From: a virus
Length of the DNA: 64,000 nt
Virus record (IMG/VR): IMGVR_UViG_3300029319_007985
Location: 64,001 to 128,000 of that record
Strand: one strand, 5' to 3'
The notes below the pieces were generated by a model, which was given only the letters and a program-made list of their open reading frames with translations, was not told where the DNA came from and ran no database searches. A program made the translations under genes and the position numbers. Positions 9,083 to 19,300 of the stretch are shown here, piece after piece; position 1 is the first letter of the stretch, and every line of letters starts with the position of its first letter.

Positions 9083-9755
9083 ATGGGGCAACAAGTACAT
9101 TAGTCAGTATGTCAATGTTCTTAAGAGTATGATCACTAGGCACACTACAGTGCCTTTCCAATTTCATTGTTTTACAGAAGATAAGAAGGGACTAGATGCT
9201 GACATCAACATCATTCCTTTTCCAAATGGTACACACATTAAAAGTTGGTGGAGCAAACTTGCCATGTTCCAGAACGACATTGGCATAAAAGGAACGATAT
9301 TATACTTGGACCTTGATGTTATTGTTTTTAGAAATATTGATGAATTGTTTTCTTATAATCCAGGAAAATTCATGATCATTAGAGATTTCAACAGATGTAG
9401 AGTGGCGGACTGGCGGCAAAGCAATTCAAGTATCATGCGTTGGGAAACAGGCACAATGAATTATCTATGGAATAATTTTAATGCTAACCCTAATAAAGCA
9501 ATAGGAAGAATGCATGGAGATCAAGACTGGATAATGAAAGAGGCAACCAAGGATATTAACCATTGGCCTGATGAATGGATACGTTCATACAAATGGGAAA
9601 TGATGGGTCGCAAAGACACAAAGTTAAGAAGAGGAACCAAATACATTTTCGAACATCCACCAAAAATTGAAGATAATACCAAAATAGCGGTGTTTCATGG
9701 CGAACCAAAACCATTCAACTGCGGTGATCAATTTGTAATTGACAATTGGAAGTAA
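9060..9755 (+). CDS. GT-A fold glycosyltransferase
   Basis: CVKWGNKY, WWSKL, YLDLDV (DxD), GDQDWI, FHGEPKP. Confidence 0.8.
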   Translation: MNHIVCVKWGNKYISQYVNVLKSMITRHTTVPFQFHCFTEDKKGLDADINIIPFPNGTHIKSWWSKLAMFQNDIGIKGTILYLDLDVIVFRNIDELFSYNPGKFMIIRDFNRCRVADWRQSNSSIMRWETGTMNYLWNNFNANPNKAIGRMHGDQDWIMKEATKDINHWPDEWIRSYKWEMMGRKDTKLRRGTKYIFEHPPKIEDNTKIAVFHGEPKPFNCGDQFVIDNWK

Positions 9756-9766
9756 TCTGTTAAAAT
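9739..9766 (+). promoter_or_regulatory. Sigma70-type promoter, leaderless
   Basis: TTGACA-N16-TAAAAT with TG extension; ATG follows after 6 nt. Confidence 0.75.
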
Positions 9767-9772
9767 AACAAC

Positions 9773-10819
9773 ATGCGTATAGGTTTTTGCTGTAAATGGC
9801 TTAATGATAGATCTGAGTTTGGTGGAATGAAAGTCAATGCCAAGGATCGCGAATTAAATGGTAGGTCCACCACAATGCGTTGGCTGAGAGAACATCCAAA
9901 TGACGCAGAGCAAAGACAATGGGACATTATGAATCACAATGCGGCCGCGGCCAAAAGAATGGTCGAGCGTGTTGGTAGTCTACCACCTGAACGTAGAATG
10001 GTACGACTAGGATCTGAAATGTTACAAGGCTACACAGAAAAAAATTGGAAGTCCTGGTGGCAACAAAAAGAAATACAAGATCATTGTGCCAAGATATTTG
10101 CGCCAGTTGGTGAGACTGCAAGACGTCTGGACGTCAAAGTAAGTTTTCATCCCGGACAATTTTGTTGTCTGTCTAGTGTAAATCCTGACATAGTAGAAAG
10201 ATCGATAGAAGAATTTGAATACCATGTTGACATGGCCCGTTGGATGGGATATGGAAAGACATGGCATGATGGTTGCAAGGTGAATGTACATATCTCTGGC
10301 AAACATGGGCCGGAAGGACTACTAAAAGTATTTCCAAGGCTATCCAAAGAAGCAAGGAACTTGATCACAATAGAAAATGACGAGATGGGGCATGGACTGG
10401 AAGATACATTACAAGTTGCACATAAGATTGCCTTAGTTTTAGATATTCATCATCACTGGATACGAGCAGAAGAATATATCGATCCAAATGACGACAGAGT
10501 CAAGAAAGTGATAGATAGTTGGCGAGGTGTAAGGCCCACTCTACATTATTCATACAGCAGAGATGAACACCTCAAACCAGCAGGACTAGGTGACAAAATG
10601 CATACAGAAATGCATGATATCAAAATGTTATTAGAAAGAGGATGTAAAAAACAAAAATTACGGGCACACTCTGACCTACTTCCAAATGCAAAAGTAAATG
10701 ACTGGGCATTGAGTTTTGGTGAAAATTTTGATATACAAACAGAGGCCAAAGGTAAGAACATGGCCGCTGAGCAACTGTACGACCAGTGGCTAAATATCAA
10801 TAATGGAGCCAATATCTAA
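9773..10819 (+). CDS. uvsE: UV DNA damage endonuclease
   Basis: RIGFCC, SFHPGQF, IENDE, LDIHHH, AHSD, EAKGK. Confidence 0.9.
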   Translation: MRIGFCCKWLNDRSEFGGMKVNAKDRELNGRSTTMRWLREHPNDAEQRQWDIMNHNAAAAKRMVERVGSLPPERRMVRLGSEMLQGYTEKNWKSWWQQKEIQDHCAKIFAPVGETARRLDVKVSFHPGQFCCLSSVNPDIVERSIEEFEYHVDMARWMGYGKTWHDGCKVNVHISGKHGPEGLLKVFPRLSKEARNLITIENDEMGHGLEDTLQVAHKIALVLDIHHHWIRAEEYIDPNDDRVKKVIDSWRGVRPTLHYSYSRDEHLKPAGLGDKMHTEMHDIKMLLERGCKKQKLRAHSDLLPNAKVNDWALSFGENFDIQTEAKGKNMAAEQLYDQWLNINNGANI

Positions 10820-11102
10820 CTCAAAACACGTCGACGGTCTGTACAAAGCAGATGCCAAAAAAAAATTAACCATCTGCGAAGTCCATAGGAAATTATACAA
10901 TAAATTAAAAGGCACAGATCTTATGACCGACGAGGTGAGATATCTATTAGAACAGGGTTTCGTGATAGGAAAGAAAATGCATTATAGGTTGGCCAAGTAC
11001 AAACACAATTGGACGGAAGATGTGTATAAAGAAAACTTAAATGGTGACCATCAAAAAATCACACAAAACCAACCTATCGAATGGAAATGGCTGTCTAAAT
11101 AA
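10803..11102 (+). CDS. Hypothetical protein
   Basis: ORF with TAAATA 6 nt upstream. Confidence 0.6.
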   Translation: MEPISNSKHVDGLYKADAKKKLTICEVHRKLYNKLKGTDLMTDEVRYLLEQGFVIGKKMHYRLAKYKHNWTEDVYKENLNGDHQKITQNQPIEWKWLSK

Positions 11103-11110
11103 ATATAGAT

Positions 11111-11659
11111 ATGCATTACAGAGAATTTATTGATAAAAGTTGTCCAAGAACAAAAGCAGAAAGTTGTTCTTGTGAAAGCATTAAGACATTGTCTGAACAG
11201 GCGTCTGATATAAAAGCATTTGTAGAACTTCAACACAGCGACAAAGTAAAAGGCACAATACTATTGATGCAGAAGCCTGGAACTCCAACTATGATCAAAG
11301 GAAGGATAGAAGGACTAACACCTGGCGAACATGGATTTCACATACATGAATTTGGCGACATGAGTGATGGATGTAAGTCAATGGGAGGACATTATAATCC
11401 AGACGGAGTTGACCATGGCGATCTAGAACAGGGACACGTTGGTGATCTTGGAAATGTATCCGCTGATGATTCCGGCATAGCAGACTTTACGATTGTGGCC
11501 AAGAGAGTTGACCTTGTTGGCGACAGATCGGTTGTTGGACGGGGTATGGTAATACACAAGGATGAAGACGATCTTGGTCGAGGTGGAGACGCAGAGTCCA
11601 AAAAAACTGGTAACGCTGGTGATCGACTGGCCTGCGGTGTGATTGTAATTAAAGAATAA
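11111..11659 (+). CDS. sodC: Cu/Zn superoxide dismutase with N-terminal extension, no signal peptide
   Basis: HGFHIHEFGD, GGHYNP, HVGDLGN, GNAGDRLACGVI. Confidence 0.93.
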   Translation: MHYREFIDKSCPRTKAESCSCESIKTLSEQASDIKAFVELQHSDKVKGTILLMQKPGTPTMIKGRIEGLTPGEHGFHIHEFGDMSDGCKSMGGHYNPDGVDHGDLEQGHVGDLGNVSADDSGIADFTIVAKRVDLVGDRSVVGRGMVIHKDEDDLGRGGDAESKKTGNAGDRLACGVIVIKE

Positions 11660-11677
11660 ATCAGTTATAATAATTAA

Positions 11678-12517
11678 ATGGAAAACAATTCTTTATTGAG
11701 TTTTGGTTGTAGCCATATGTATGGCTGGGAACACAAAAGCACTGAAAACAATACCAAACCTAGCAAAGATGTCTATACCAATTTACTCGCTGAACATTAT
11801 AAGTTGAAACACTTTAATTTTGCCGAGGGAGGCGCCAGCAATCAAAGTATCGCAAGACAAGTTATATTTGGACTAGATTTCGAAAAAGAAAATAATTTAC
11901 AAAGCACCTATTGGATACAGTGGAGCAACTACGAGAGATTGGAGATTCCTTTTTTAAATTCAAAAAATTTAAGTAAAAATTGGCCTTACGTCCAAGTTTA
12001 TGCAGAACTTCTAAACACAACCAAGCAAAAACCACTGCTGAATTGGGCAGAAGCAATCTATAGAAACGTAGATAAGTTTGCCTGTTTACATTTGAGTCTG
12101 GCCTCAATCATACAAGTCAATAGTCTGCTAAGGCAAAAAAATAAAAAAGTAATAAACACCTTTGCACACACATGGGACCTTGACTGTAAAAAGTCAACAT
12201 ATTACATTAAAGACAACAACCTTAAGAACATGGACACCATGTACACAGATATGATATCAAAAGATAATAGTGATAAAGAGATGGTAGGTTCGTTGCTGTT
12301 AGGAAAAACTGGATCGGACTTTAAGGAATACGATCCTTATACGAAAAAACTTTGGAGTCTAGTTGATTCCTACGATTGGTTTGAATGGGGTGATAATAAC
12401 ATGGGATTCAAGCCATGGAGTGTGCAAAACGGGTACGGAGTCCATCCAGAAGGCCATCCTACTGAGAAAGCACACACTGAAGCATTCAATCTTATAAAAG
12501 AAAGAAAAATTATATAA
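11678..12517 (+). CDS. SGNH-hydrolase-like protein
   Basis: FGCSHMYG, NFAEGGASN, GHP...H. Confidence 0.55.
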   Translation: MENNSLLSFGCSHMYGWEHKSTENNTKPSKDVYTNLLAEHYKLKHFNFAEGGASNQSIARQVIFGLDFEKENNLQSTYWIQWSNYERLEIPFLNSKNLSKNWPYVQVYAELLNTTKQKPLLNWAEAIYRNVDKFACLHLSLASIIQVNSLLRQKNKKVINTFAHTWDLDCKKSTYYIKDNNLKNMDTMYTDMISKDNSDKEMVGSLLLGKTGSDFKEYDPYTKKLWSLVDSYDWFEWGDNNMGFKPWSVQNGYGVHPEGHPTEKAHTEAFNLIKERKII

Positions 12518-12518
12518 T

Positions 12519-12806
12519 ATGAAACCCAAAACTTTTAAATCATCTGACCTAAGCGGATACGATAAAAAATTCAAGCACAGCATTTATTTGAACAGTGATG
12601 GAGTTGTGGAAGATTACATCGACTGGTGCAGGAAAAATTGTAAAGGCCGTTGGGGATGGTGGTACGAGACCACTAGAGATTGGGACCTGCATTGGGACTC
12701 CAGTGGTAACAAGGCCTTTATGAGTTTCTCGAGAAGAAAAGAGGCCCTAAGTTTTTGGTTCCACAATTGCAAATTAATATATGACACAGATTACGGAAAA
12801 GATTGA
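12519..12806 (+). CDS. Hypothetical Trp-rich phage protein
   Basis: WCRKNCKGRWGW. Confidence 0.6.
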   Translation: MKPKTFKSSDLSGYDKKFKHSIYLNSDGVVEDYIDWCRKNCKGRWGWWYETTRDWDLHWDSSGNKAFMSFSRRKEALSFWFHNCKLIYDTDYGKD

Positions 12807-13191
12807 GTATTGGGGATCTAATCTAAAGTTGTTAGAAGGCTTGGATAGATTCCAGTATATTATTGAACAGGCGAGGATGGCCAAACCAATGAACGAAAAA
12901 TTTAGAATACCTGAATTTCAGATACATGGTTGTGCAAGTAAACTTTGGGTGGTGCCAGAATTGAGGCAAGATCGATTGTTCCTTACTGTTGACAGTGACG
13001 CCTTCATAACTAAAGGGACCGCGGCAATAATTGCTGACATCTTTGATGGACAATCTCGAAGAGAAATAAGTCTTATAACAAAGGAAGACATCAGCAAATT
13101 AGGTATCATTGAAATATTGACTCCACAGAGGCAAAACGGCCTTTCAAACATGATAGGAACAATTCAGCGGTACGCAAAACAGGATAATTAA
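12781..13191 (+). CDS. sufE: SufE-family sulfur acceptor
   Basis: IHGCASKLW, DSDAFITKG, LTPQRQNGL. Confidence 0.88.
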   Translation: MTQITEKIEYWGSNLKLLEGLDRFQYIIEQARMAKPMNEKFRIPEFQIHGCASKLWVVPELRQDRLFLTVDSDAFITKGTAAIIADIFDGQSRREISLITKEDISKLGIIEILTPQRQNGLSNMIGTIQRYAKQDN

Positions 13192-13195
13192 TAAT

Positions 13196-13531
13196 ATGCA
13201 ATGGTTTAAAATCACAGAATCAGCAAAGAGTCAAATTGAAAATTTGCTGTCTAAAAACCCCGAAAAATATGCAGTTAGCCTTTCGGTACTTGGCGGCGGC
13301 TGTGCCGGTTTTAAGTATGACTGGGGATTTGTTGATAAAAAAGATGACATACATAAAGATGATCATTTAGAAGATTGGGGCACAGGAAAATTTGTGGTGG
13401 ACTCACAATCAATGTTGTACGTTGCAGGAACACAGATTGACTGGAAAGAAGAAGTTTTTGGGTCTCAGTTTGAAATATCTAATCCAAACGCCACTTCAGG
13501 TTGTGGGTGCGGAGAAAGTTTTGGAGTTTAG
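13196..13531 (+). CDS. A-type Fe-S carrier (IscA/SufA/ErpA family)
   Basis: GGCAGF, NPNATSGCGCGESF. Confidence 0.92.
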   Translation: MQWFKITESAKSQIENLLSKNPEKYAVSLSVLGGGCAGFKYDWGFVDKKDDIHKDDHLEDWGTGKFVVDSQSMLYVAGTQIDWKEEVFGSQFEISNPNATSGCGCGESFGV

Positions 13532-13536
13532 TAAAA

Positions 13537-14376
13537 ATGGTCAAACCCGGCAAGCCTAAACCTGATCCAGCAGAAATACAAAGAATTAATAGAGAGACAA
13601 TAAAAGATACTTGTTTCGTGATAGGCAACGGAGAAAGTAGGAACATATTCAAAAATTTAGAAACGTTGAAACACAAGGGTACAATATATGGTTGCAACGC
13701 CATATACCGTGATTGGCCGGACCTGTGTGATAAAATATTTGCGGTCAATCCTCCCATGTATGAAGAAGTCCTAGAAGCCAAAAAAGCAAACAACTACAGT
13801 TTTGAATTGATAGGCAAAGATCAAACAAGCAAGTGGAATTATCTACTTGAAGAGGATAAAGTTAAAAAACAAAAGATGCCAAAAGGTCTACAACTTTATA
13901 GATACTGGATAGGTGGCAACAATAAAACTGGTGTTATGCGAACTTTGGATCTTTCGGAGGCAAAGGGAAGTGGTTGCTCCGCTGTGTTACATGCGGCCGA
14001 ACAAGGATATAAACACATTTTTTGTATAGCATTTGACATGTTAGGCGCTGAACAATATAGAAAGCCTTACACTTTGCAATCAAGAGAACAAAACAATATC
14101 TATAAAAATACTCCTAATTACCCTACAAGAATGAACATGAAGGCCTATCTCAAGTATGAATGGATGTTTCAACTTACCCAGATAGCAAGAAAATTTACTA
14201 ATTCAAACATTTACATGATTAATCGAAAAGAATATTTGAAAGGCAATAATTTACTTCCACACTATATGAAACATAGTAAAAATAATTTTTATGGCGCCCA
14301 TTATGCCGAACTTAAAAAATTTATAGAAGATCCAAGAGACCCAAGAGGATTTTTTAAATTTTCACTAAGACCTTAG
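13537..14376 (+). CDS. IGNGESR-motif protein, second paralog
   Basis: VIGNGESR, YGCNAIYRD, AFD, NNIYKN. Confidence 0.55.
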   Translation: MVKPGKPKPDPAEIQRINRETIKDTCFVIGNGESRNIFKNLETLKHKGTIYGCNAIYRDWPDLCDKIFAVNPPMYEEVLEAKKANNYSFELIGKDQTSKWNYLLEEDKVKKQKMPKGLQLYRYWIGGNNKTGVMRTLDLSEAKGSGCSAVLHAAEQGYKHIFCIAFDMLGAEQYRKPYTLQSREQNNIYKNTPNYPTRMNMKAYLKYEWMFQLTQIARKFTNSNIYMINRKEYLKGNNLLPHYMKHSKNNFYGAHYAELKKFIEDPRDPRGFFKFSLRP

Positions 14377-14655
14377 TTAGATAAACTTTGTAGAACTGGC
14401 ATCTAGTTTATAGATGTTGCGCATTTTTACGCCAACTTTTTGTGCAAACTTTTTAGAATCACAGTTAGGGCATACATGCTTGTAGTCGTTAGTGGCCCTT
14501 TGAGGATCAATCTTTGATCTTGCTCGTAAAAATATTACACCACAGCAGTCGCATTTGAAAACAAATATGGTACTTTTTCGTTTGAAGGAATGGTATATGC
14601 CAAGTTTGCTTTGGCGCTCATAGAGTCGGAGTGTTTTTAGTGTTTCAACGAACAT
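14377..14655 (-). CDS. Zinc-ribbon protein
   Basis: CDCC and CPNC; minus-strand TAAATA at 14671-14676. Confidence 0.65.
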   Translation of the reverse strand: MFVETLKTLRLYERQSKLGIYHSFKRKSTIFVFKCDCCGVIFLRARSKIDPQRATNDYKHVCPNCDSKKFAQKVGVKMRNIYKLDASSTKFI

Positions 14656-14670
14656 AATTGCTCCACAAAT

Positions 14671-14683
14671 TATTTAATAAATA
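14671..14683. promoter_or_regulatory. Back-to-back late promoters
   Basis: TATTTA-A-TAAATA between divergent genes. Confidence 0.65.
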
Positions 14684-14717
14684 GTGTAAAGGATTATACG
14701 AGTAGATATAATAAAAC

Positions 14718-16271
14718 ATGACAAGATTAACAATTGACACCGGCGTTCTAGGCAATCCAGCCACTGGAGATACTCTTAGAACCGCAATGGGCAAAATCAA
14801 CAGCAATTTTATTGAATTATATGATGACGTTGCCGCGAGTGGACTAGGTGGACAACTGACAAACCCAGAAACCAATGGAGATGTTAAAATCCAACCCAAC
14901 GGCACAGGTATTGTTGAAGTTGACCAATTACAGATCACAGATGACGCAATAACTTCATTAGTAACAAACGGCAATGTATCACTATCTGGCAACGGAACAG
15001 GTGGTGTAACCATTGAAGCAATACAAGTCAATGGAACCAGTATTTCGAGTGCAGACTCAACCACAATCAATATAAATGATGCTTTGATCGTTGACGGCAG
15101 TTTTACAGTTACTGGCAATTTGACTGTAACCGGATCATCAGGCATTTCCATAGATGATAACACCATCACATCATCGGCATCAAACGCAAATCTTGAACTG
15201 TCAGCGGCAGGGTCAGGTGAAGTAACAGCAGACACTGATTTTAGGATAAAGTCTGCTACACCTTTCCTTAAGATCCAAAGAACAGATAACGCTAATGTCC
15301 CTGGCATAGATTTCATAGGCCAGGCCGATACATCAGGAGCAAAAATATTATTCGACGGCACAAGCGGAACAGCGAACGAATTGATCTTCCAGACGTTCAC
15401 AGTACCGGCGGGACTTGCTGAAGCATTTAGAGTGCAGGGAGGTGGCGCAAAAGTCACAGGAACTTTGGACATAGACGGTGGCATCAGCATAACGGACAAC
15501 ACAATAACAACATCGGCATCAAACGCCAATCTAGAACTTACAGCATCGGGCACAGGTGCAGTAAAAGTTGAAGCAATTTTATCACTACCCGATGGCAGTG
15601 TTAGTGACAACTATGTAGGAGTTGGTGATGATGATGACCTAAAAATATACCACGATACTAGTTTTGACAACGGTGTAATTGATAATTTAACCGGTCATTT
15701 AGTAATTCGTAACAACACTTCTAATACTACTAAGAATGTTTACATACAATCAGACAATGACGTTTTGATAACGAGTATTGGCGATGAAGAAACTTTTGCA
15801 AAATTTTCTGATGATGCTGGAGTAGAACTTTACTTTGACAATGTCAAAAAGTTTGAAACAACATCTACTGGAGCAACAGTCACAGGCATTTTTAATATAG
15901 GTGATGGCAGTGTTAGTGACAACTATATTGGACTTGGTGCCGCTAATGACTTAAAAATATTCCACAACGGAAGCCATTCAATAATAAGAGAAACAGGAAC
16001 AGGAAGCCTTTACATTCAGAGTGATACCAATGTTATAATCGGTAAGGATAGCAGTTCAGAAACAATGATAAAGGGTGTTGCCGACGGTGCAGTTGAACTT
16101 TATCACGACAATACCAAAAAGTTTGAAACAACATCAGGCGGTGTTTCAGTCACAGGAAACCTTGCGGCAGATGGCTCACAGATAGATTTTACAAGCCTCC
16201 CAACCTCGGACCCAGGAGTGGCAGGCAGACTGTTTAGATCAGGAAACGACGTAAAAATAAGCACAGGTTAG
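14718..16271 (+). CDS. Tail fibre/baseplate-attached protein 1
   Basis: N-terminal GDTLRTAMGKINSNFIELY (T4 gp9/gp10-like anchor); G/T/S/N-rich repeats. Confidence 0.75.
   Translation: MTRLTIDTGVLGNPATGDTLRTAMGKINSNFIELYDDVAASGLGGQLTNPETNGDVKIQPNGTGIVEVDQLQITDDAITSLVTNGNVSLSGNGTGGVTIEAIQVNGTSISSADSTTININDALIVDGSFTVTGNLTVTGSSGISIDDNTITSSASNANLELSAAGSGEVTADTDFRIKSATPFLKIQRTDNANVPGIDFIGQADTSGAKILFDGTSGTANELIFQTFTVPAGLAEAFRVQGGGAKVTGTLDIDGGISITDNTITTSASNANLELTASGTGAVKVEAILSLPDGSVSDNYVGVGDDDDLKIYHDTSFDNGVIDNLTGHLVIRNNTSNTTKNVYIQSDNDVLITSIGDEETFAKFSDDAGVELYFDNVKKFETTSTGATVTGIFNIGDGSVSDNYIGLGAANDLKIFHNGSHSIIRETGTGSLYIQSDTNVIIGKDSSSETMIKGVADGAVELYHDNTKKFETTSGGVSVTGNLAADGSQIDFTSLPTSDPGVAGRLFRSGNDVKISTG
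15591..16135 (+). repeat. Intragenic direct repeats
   Basis: 24-bp GATGGCAGTGTTAGTGACAACTAT at 15591 and 15903; 21-bp CAAAAAGTTTGAAACAACATC at 15845 and 16115. Confidence 0.85.
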
Positions 16272-16311
16272 TGCTTCTTAAACACAATAAAAATCCAATA
16301 AATACCCGTGC

Positions 16312-19300
16312 ATGACACAGCAACAAATCATAAATGTAGGTGTGACCGAAAACGATGGAACTGGTGACAGTATCCAGGCGGCGGGTAGCAAGATAAACCA
16401 CAATTTTAGCCAACTCTACACTGATAACAACATTGACGGAAACATACTATGGCAGGGTAACAAAATCACTAGTAACCTGTCTAATTCAGATATTGTGCTG
16501 ACAGCATCTGGTACAGGAAAAATTCAATTGGCCGGCATTAAGATAGGCGGCACATCAATGAGCAGTGATGACAGCACCACTATCAACATAAACGAAAATT
16601 TACAGGTTGATGGCTCTGTTACTGCGACCACATTGGTTGGTGGTGGCTCTGGATTGACAGGAGCATCAATTACTAACGTTGGAGATCTTAGTGCAACTGG
16701 GTCAACACTTATATCTCCATCCAATGCAGACTTAACTTTTTCAACTGCTGGCACAGGAAGGATGATACTTGGTGATTTTATTATATTGGATGATAATAAC
16801 TTTACAGGCTCAAGAACCAATGATGACATCAACATCACTCCAAATGGTACAGGCTGTATAAATTTTCCAGCAATACAAATAAAGGCCAATAATATCAACG
16901 GCTTGCGATCAAACGATGACATAGTTATTACGCCAGCAGGCACAGGATCAATTGTGTTGCCTGCAATCACCATCAATGACAACAACATAGAAGGCAAAAG
17001 AAGTAACGATGACATAAATCTATTTGCCAGCATCAGTGGTGCTGTAAATGTCACAGATATAACAATAGATTCAAGTTTACGTCTAGCAGACAATAATATC
17101 ACAGCATTGAATACAAATTCAGATATCAACATAAATCCATCAGGCACAGGACTGATACAAATCAGCAAGATTGATGTCGATGATGGTACCATAGATGGAA
17201 CAACAGTTGGGGCGACTATTCCTGCCGCCGGAACATTTTCTACCCTTAGTGCCACAACGTTTCAAACAACGGGTCTAACAATAACCGACAACAAAATAGT
17301 AGCGAACACGTCAAACTCTGATTTAGTTTTGACTGGCAGTGGTTCTGGTGGTGTGCTATTAAATGGATTTTCTTTACCTGCTAGTGATGGCAGTTCAGGA
17401 CAAATACTACGAACGGATGGCAGTAAGACATTGAGTTTTGCCACTTCTCCTTTGATACTTGGTGTGACAACTTTTGCGGACACAACTCAAGACATAAGTT
17501 TTAGATCGACCTCAACTATAGATGTTAACACTGCCATTATTGCACATGAAATTGTGCCTAATTCTTCTACGCCATTAGATAAATTTACTTCCACACAGTT
17601 TGACAGTGTGTGGTATCATGCAGTCACCAAAGATCAAACAAATAACAGGTTTGGAGTTGCAAAATACTCATTAGCCAGAGGAACAATCAATGACGGAAGC
17701 ACAATCGATTCGGTGGTATCACAATCAAACCTAGTAAGAACTACAACGCACAATCATATCACAGTTGACACACAAATAAATGGTACATTTACTCAGTTGG
17801 ATGGCACTGGACCATCGGCAGAAAACGCATTTAAGGCCTACAGAATTGGCTTGGGTGACAGTGACTCCAGCACCAGTTCAGGTAACGTGGCCACAATTGT
17901 TAATGCTGATGTTGACAGTGCAAGTGAATCTCTGGACTCATGGGCGTATGCCAGTTACCGTGGCGCCAAATATTACATCAGTGCAGAAAACAGCGACACT
18001 GGAGAAGTCAGCAACATTGAGGCATTGGTGGTTCACAATGGAAGTGATGCTTTCATAAACTCTTACAATGTTGTAAACACAGGCAACAACGATCTACTGT
18101 CTTTGACAGCGGCCATAAGCGGAAGCAATGTGGTTTTGAGCGGAGCGGCTTTGACTCCAAACACAAAAGTACGTATGTATAGAATACTTTTGTCTGACAA
18201 CGAGACTTCCAGCACAGGAGACAATGTGAGTCTAATTGGAAATAAAACAGTAGCGGCCAGCACTGAGACAGTAATAGATCATGTGACCAGTACCGGCACA
18301 TCTGTTGGAAATGCGGCGGCCACAAAAACCGTAAACAGTTTTACAGTTGGAGAATATGATAGTGCTCTTTATTTTGTTGTAACCAAAGACAACGTAAACT
18401 CAGGCTTTGAAACAGGTAAAATAAGTTTGATGCACAATTTAAATGATGCTTTTCTAACACATTCTAGCATAGTAAGAACAGATCCTACAGATGTTCATCC
18501 TACTTTTGATGCAGACATTGTCAGTGCAGGGGACAGCACCAGCACTGTGAGATTAAGAATGACAGATGGTGATGGATCAACTGTTACGCCTGCAAACAGC
18601 ATGGCATTTTACAGAATAGGTTTGGGTGACAGTGATTCCACAGGGTACGTCGGTGAAATAACTTTGGTCAATGATATCACGGTTACAAACATCATAGATA
18701 GTTCAACCGCTACACTGGACGCATTTACGCACGGCTCACACGTTGGAGCAAAATATTTTATCTCGGTTAATAATCAATCCACAGGCGAAGTTGGAAACAT
18801 TGAAGCATTGGTCACTCATGACGGAACCAACGCATACATCACTACATACAACGAATCTTTTTCAGGCAACAACAGCCTTATCAGTCTGTCGGCGGTCATT
18901 AGTGGTACTTCTGTTATATTAAGAGGTTCTGCCACTGCAGGTGGTAGCACCAAAGTAATAGTCAACAGAGTAGTAGCATTTGGTGATTCAGAATCAAATG
19001 AAGCAAACTCAGATAGCACAAGAAAGATAATAGGTAATGTAATTGTTTCTAGCAGTGCAACGACCTTTGATAGTTTTTCGAGCGATGATGTTGATGCGGC
19101 CCATTACGTGATTACTGGTCAAAAAGGTTCCGATGAAAATTTCATTTGTGAGGCGATGGTTGTGACAGATGGGTCCAATGTGTTTGTGTCACAAGGTCCA
19201 AATGTCAGTACCAAGGAAAATGACATGTTGGAAATCACTGCAACAATTTCAGGCGGAACTGTAAGTGTTAAAGCAAGTTCTACTTCTGGTGCATCAACTG

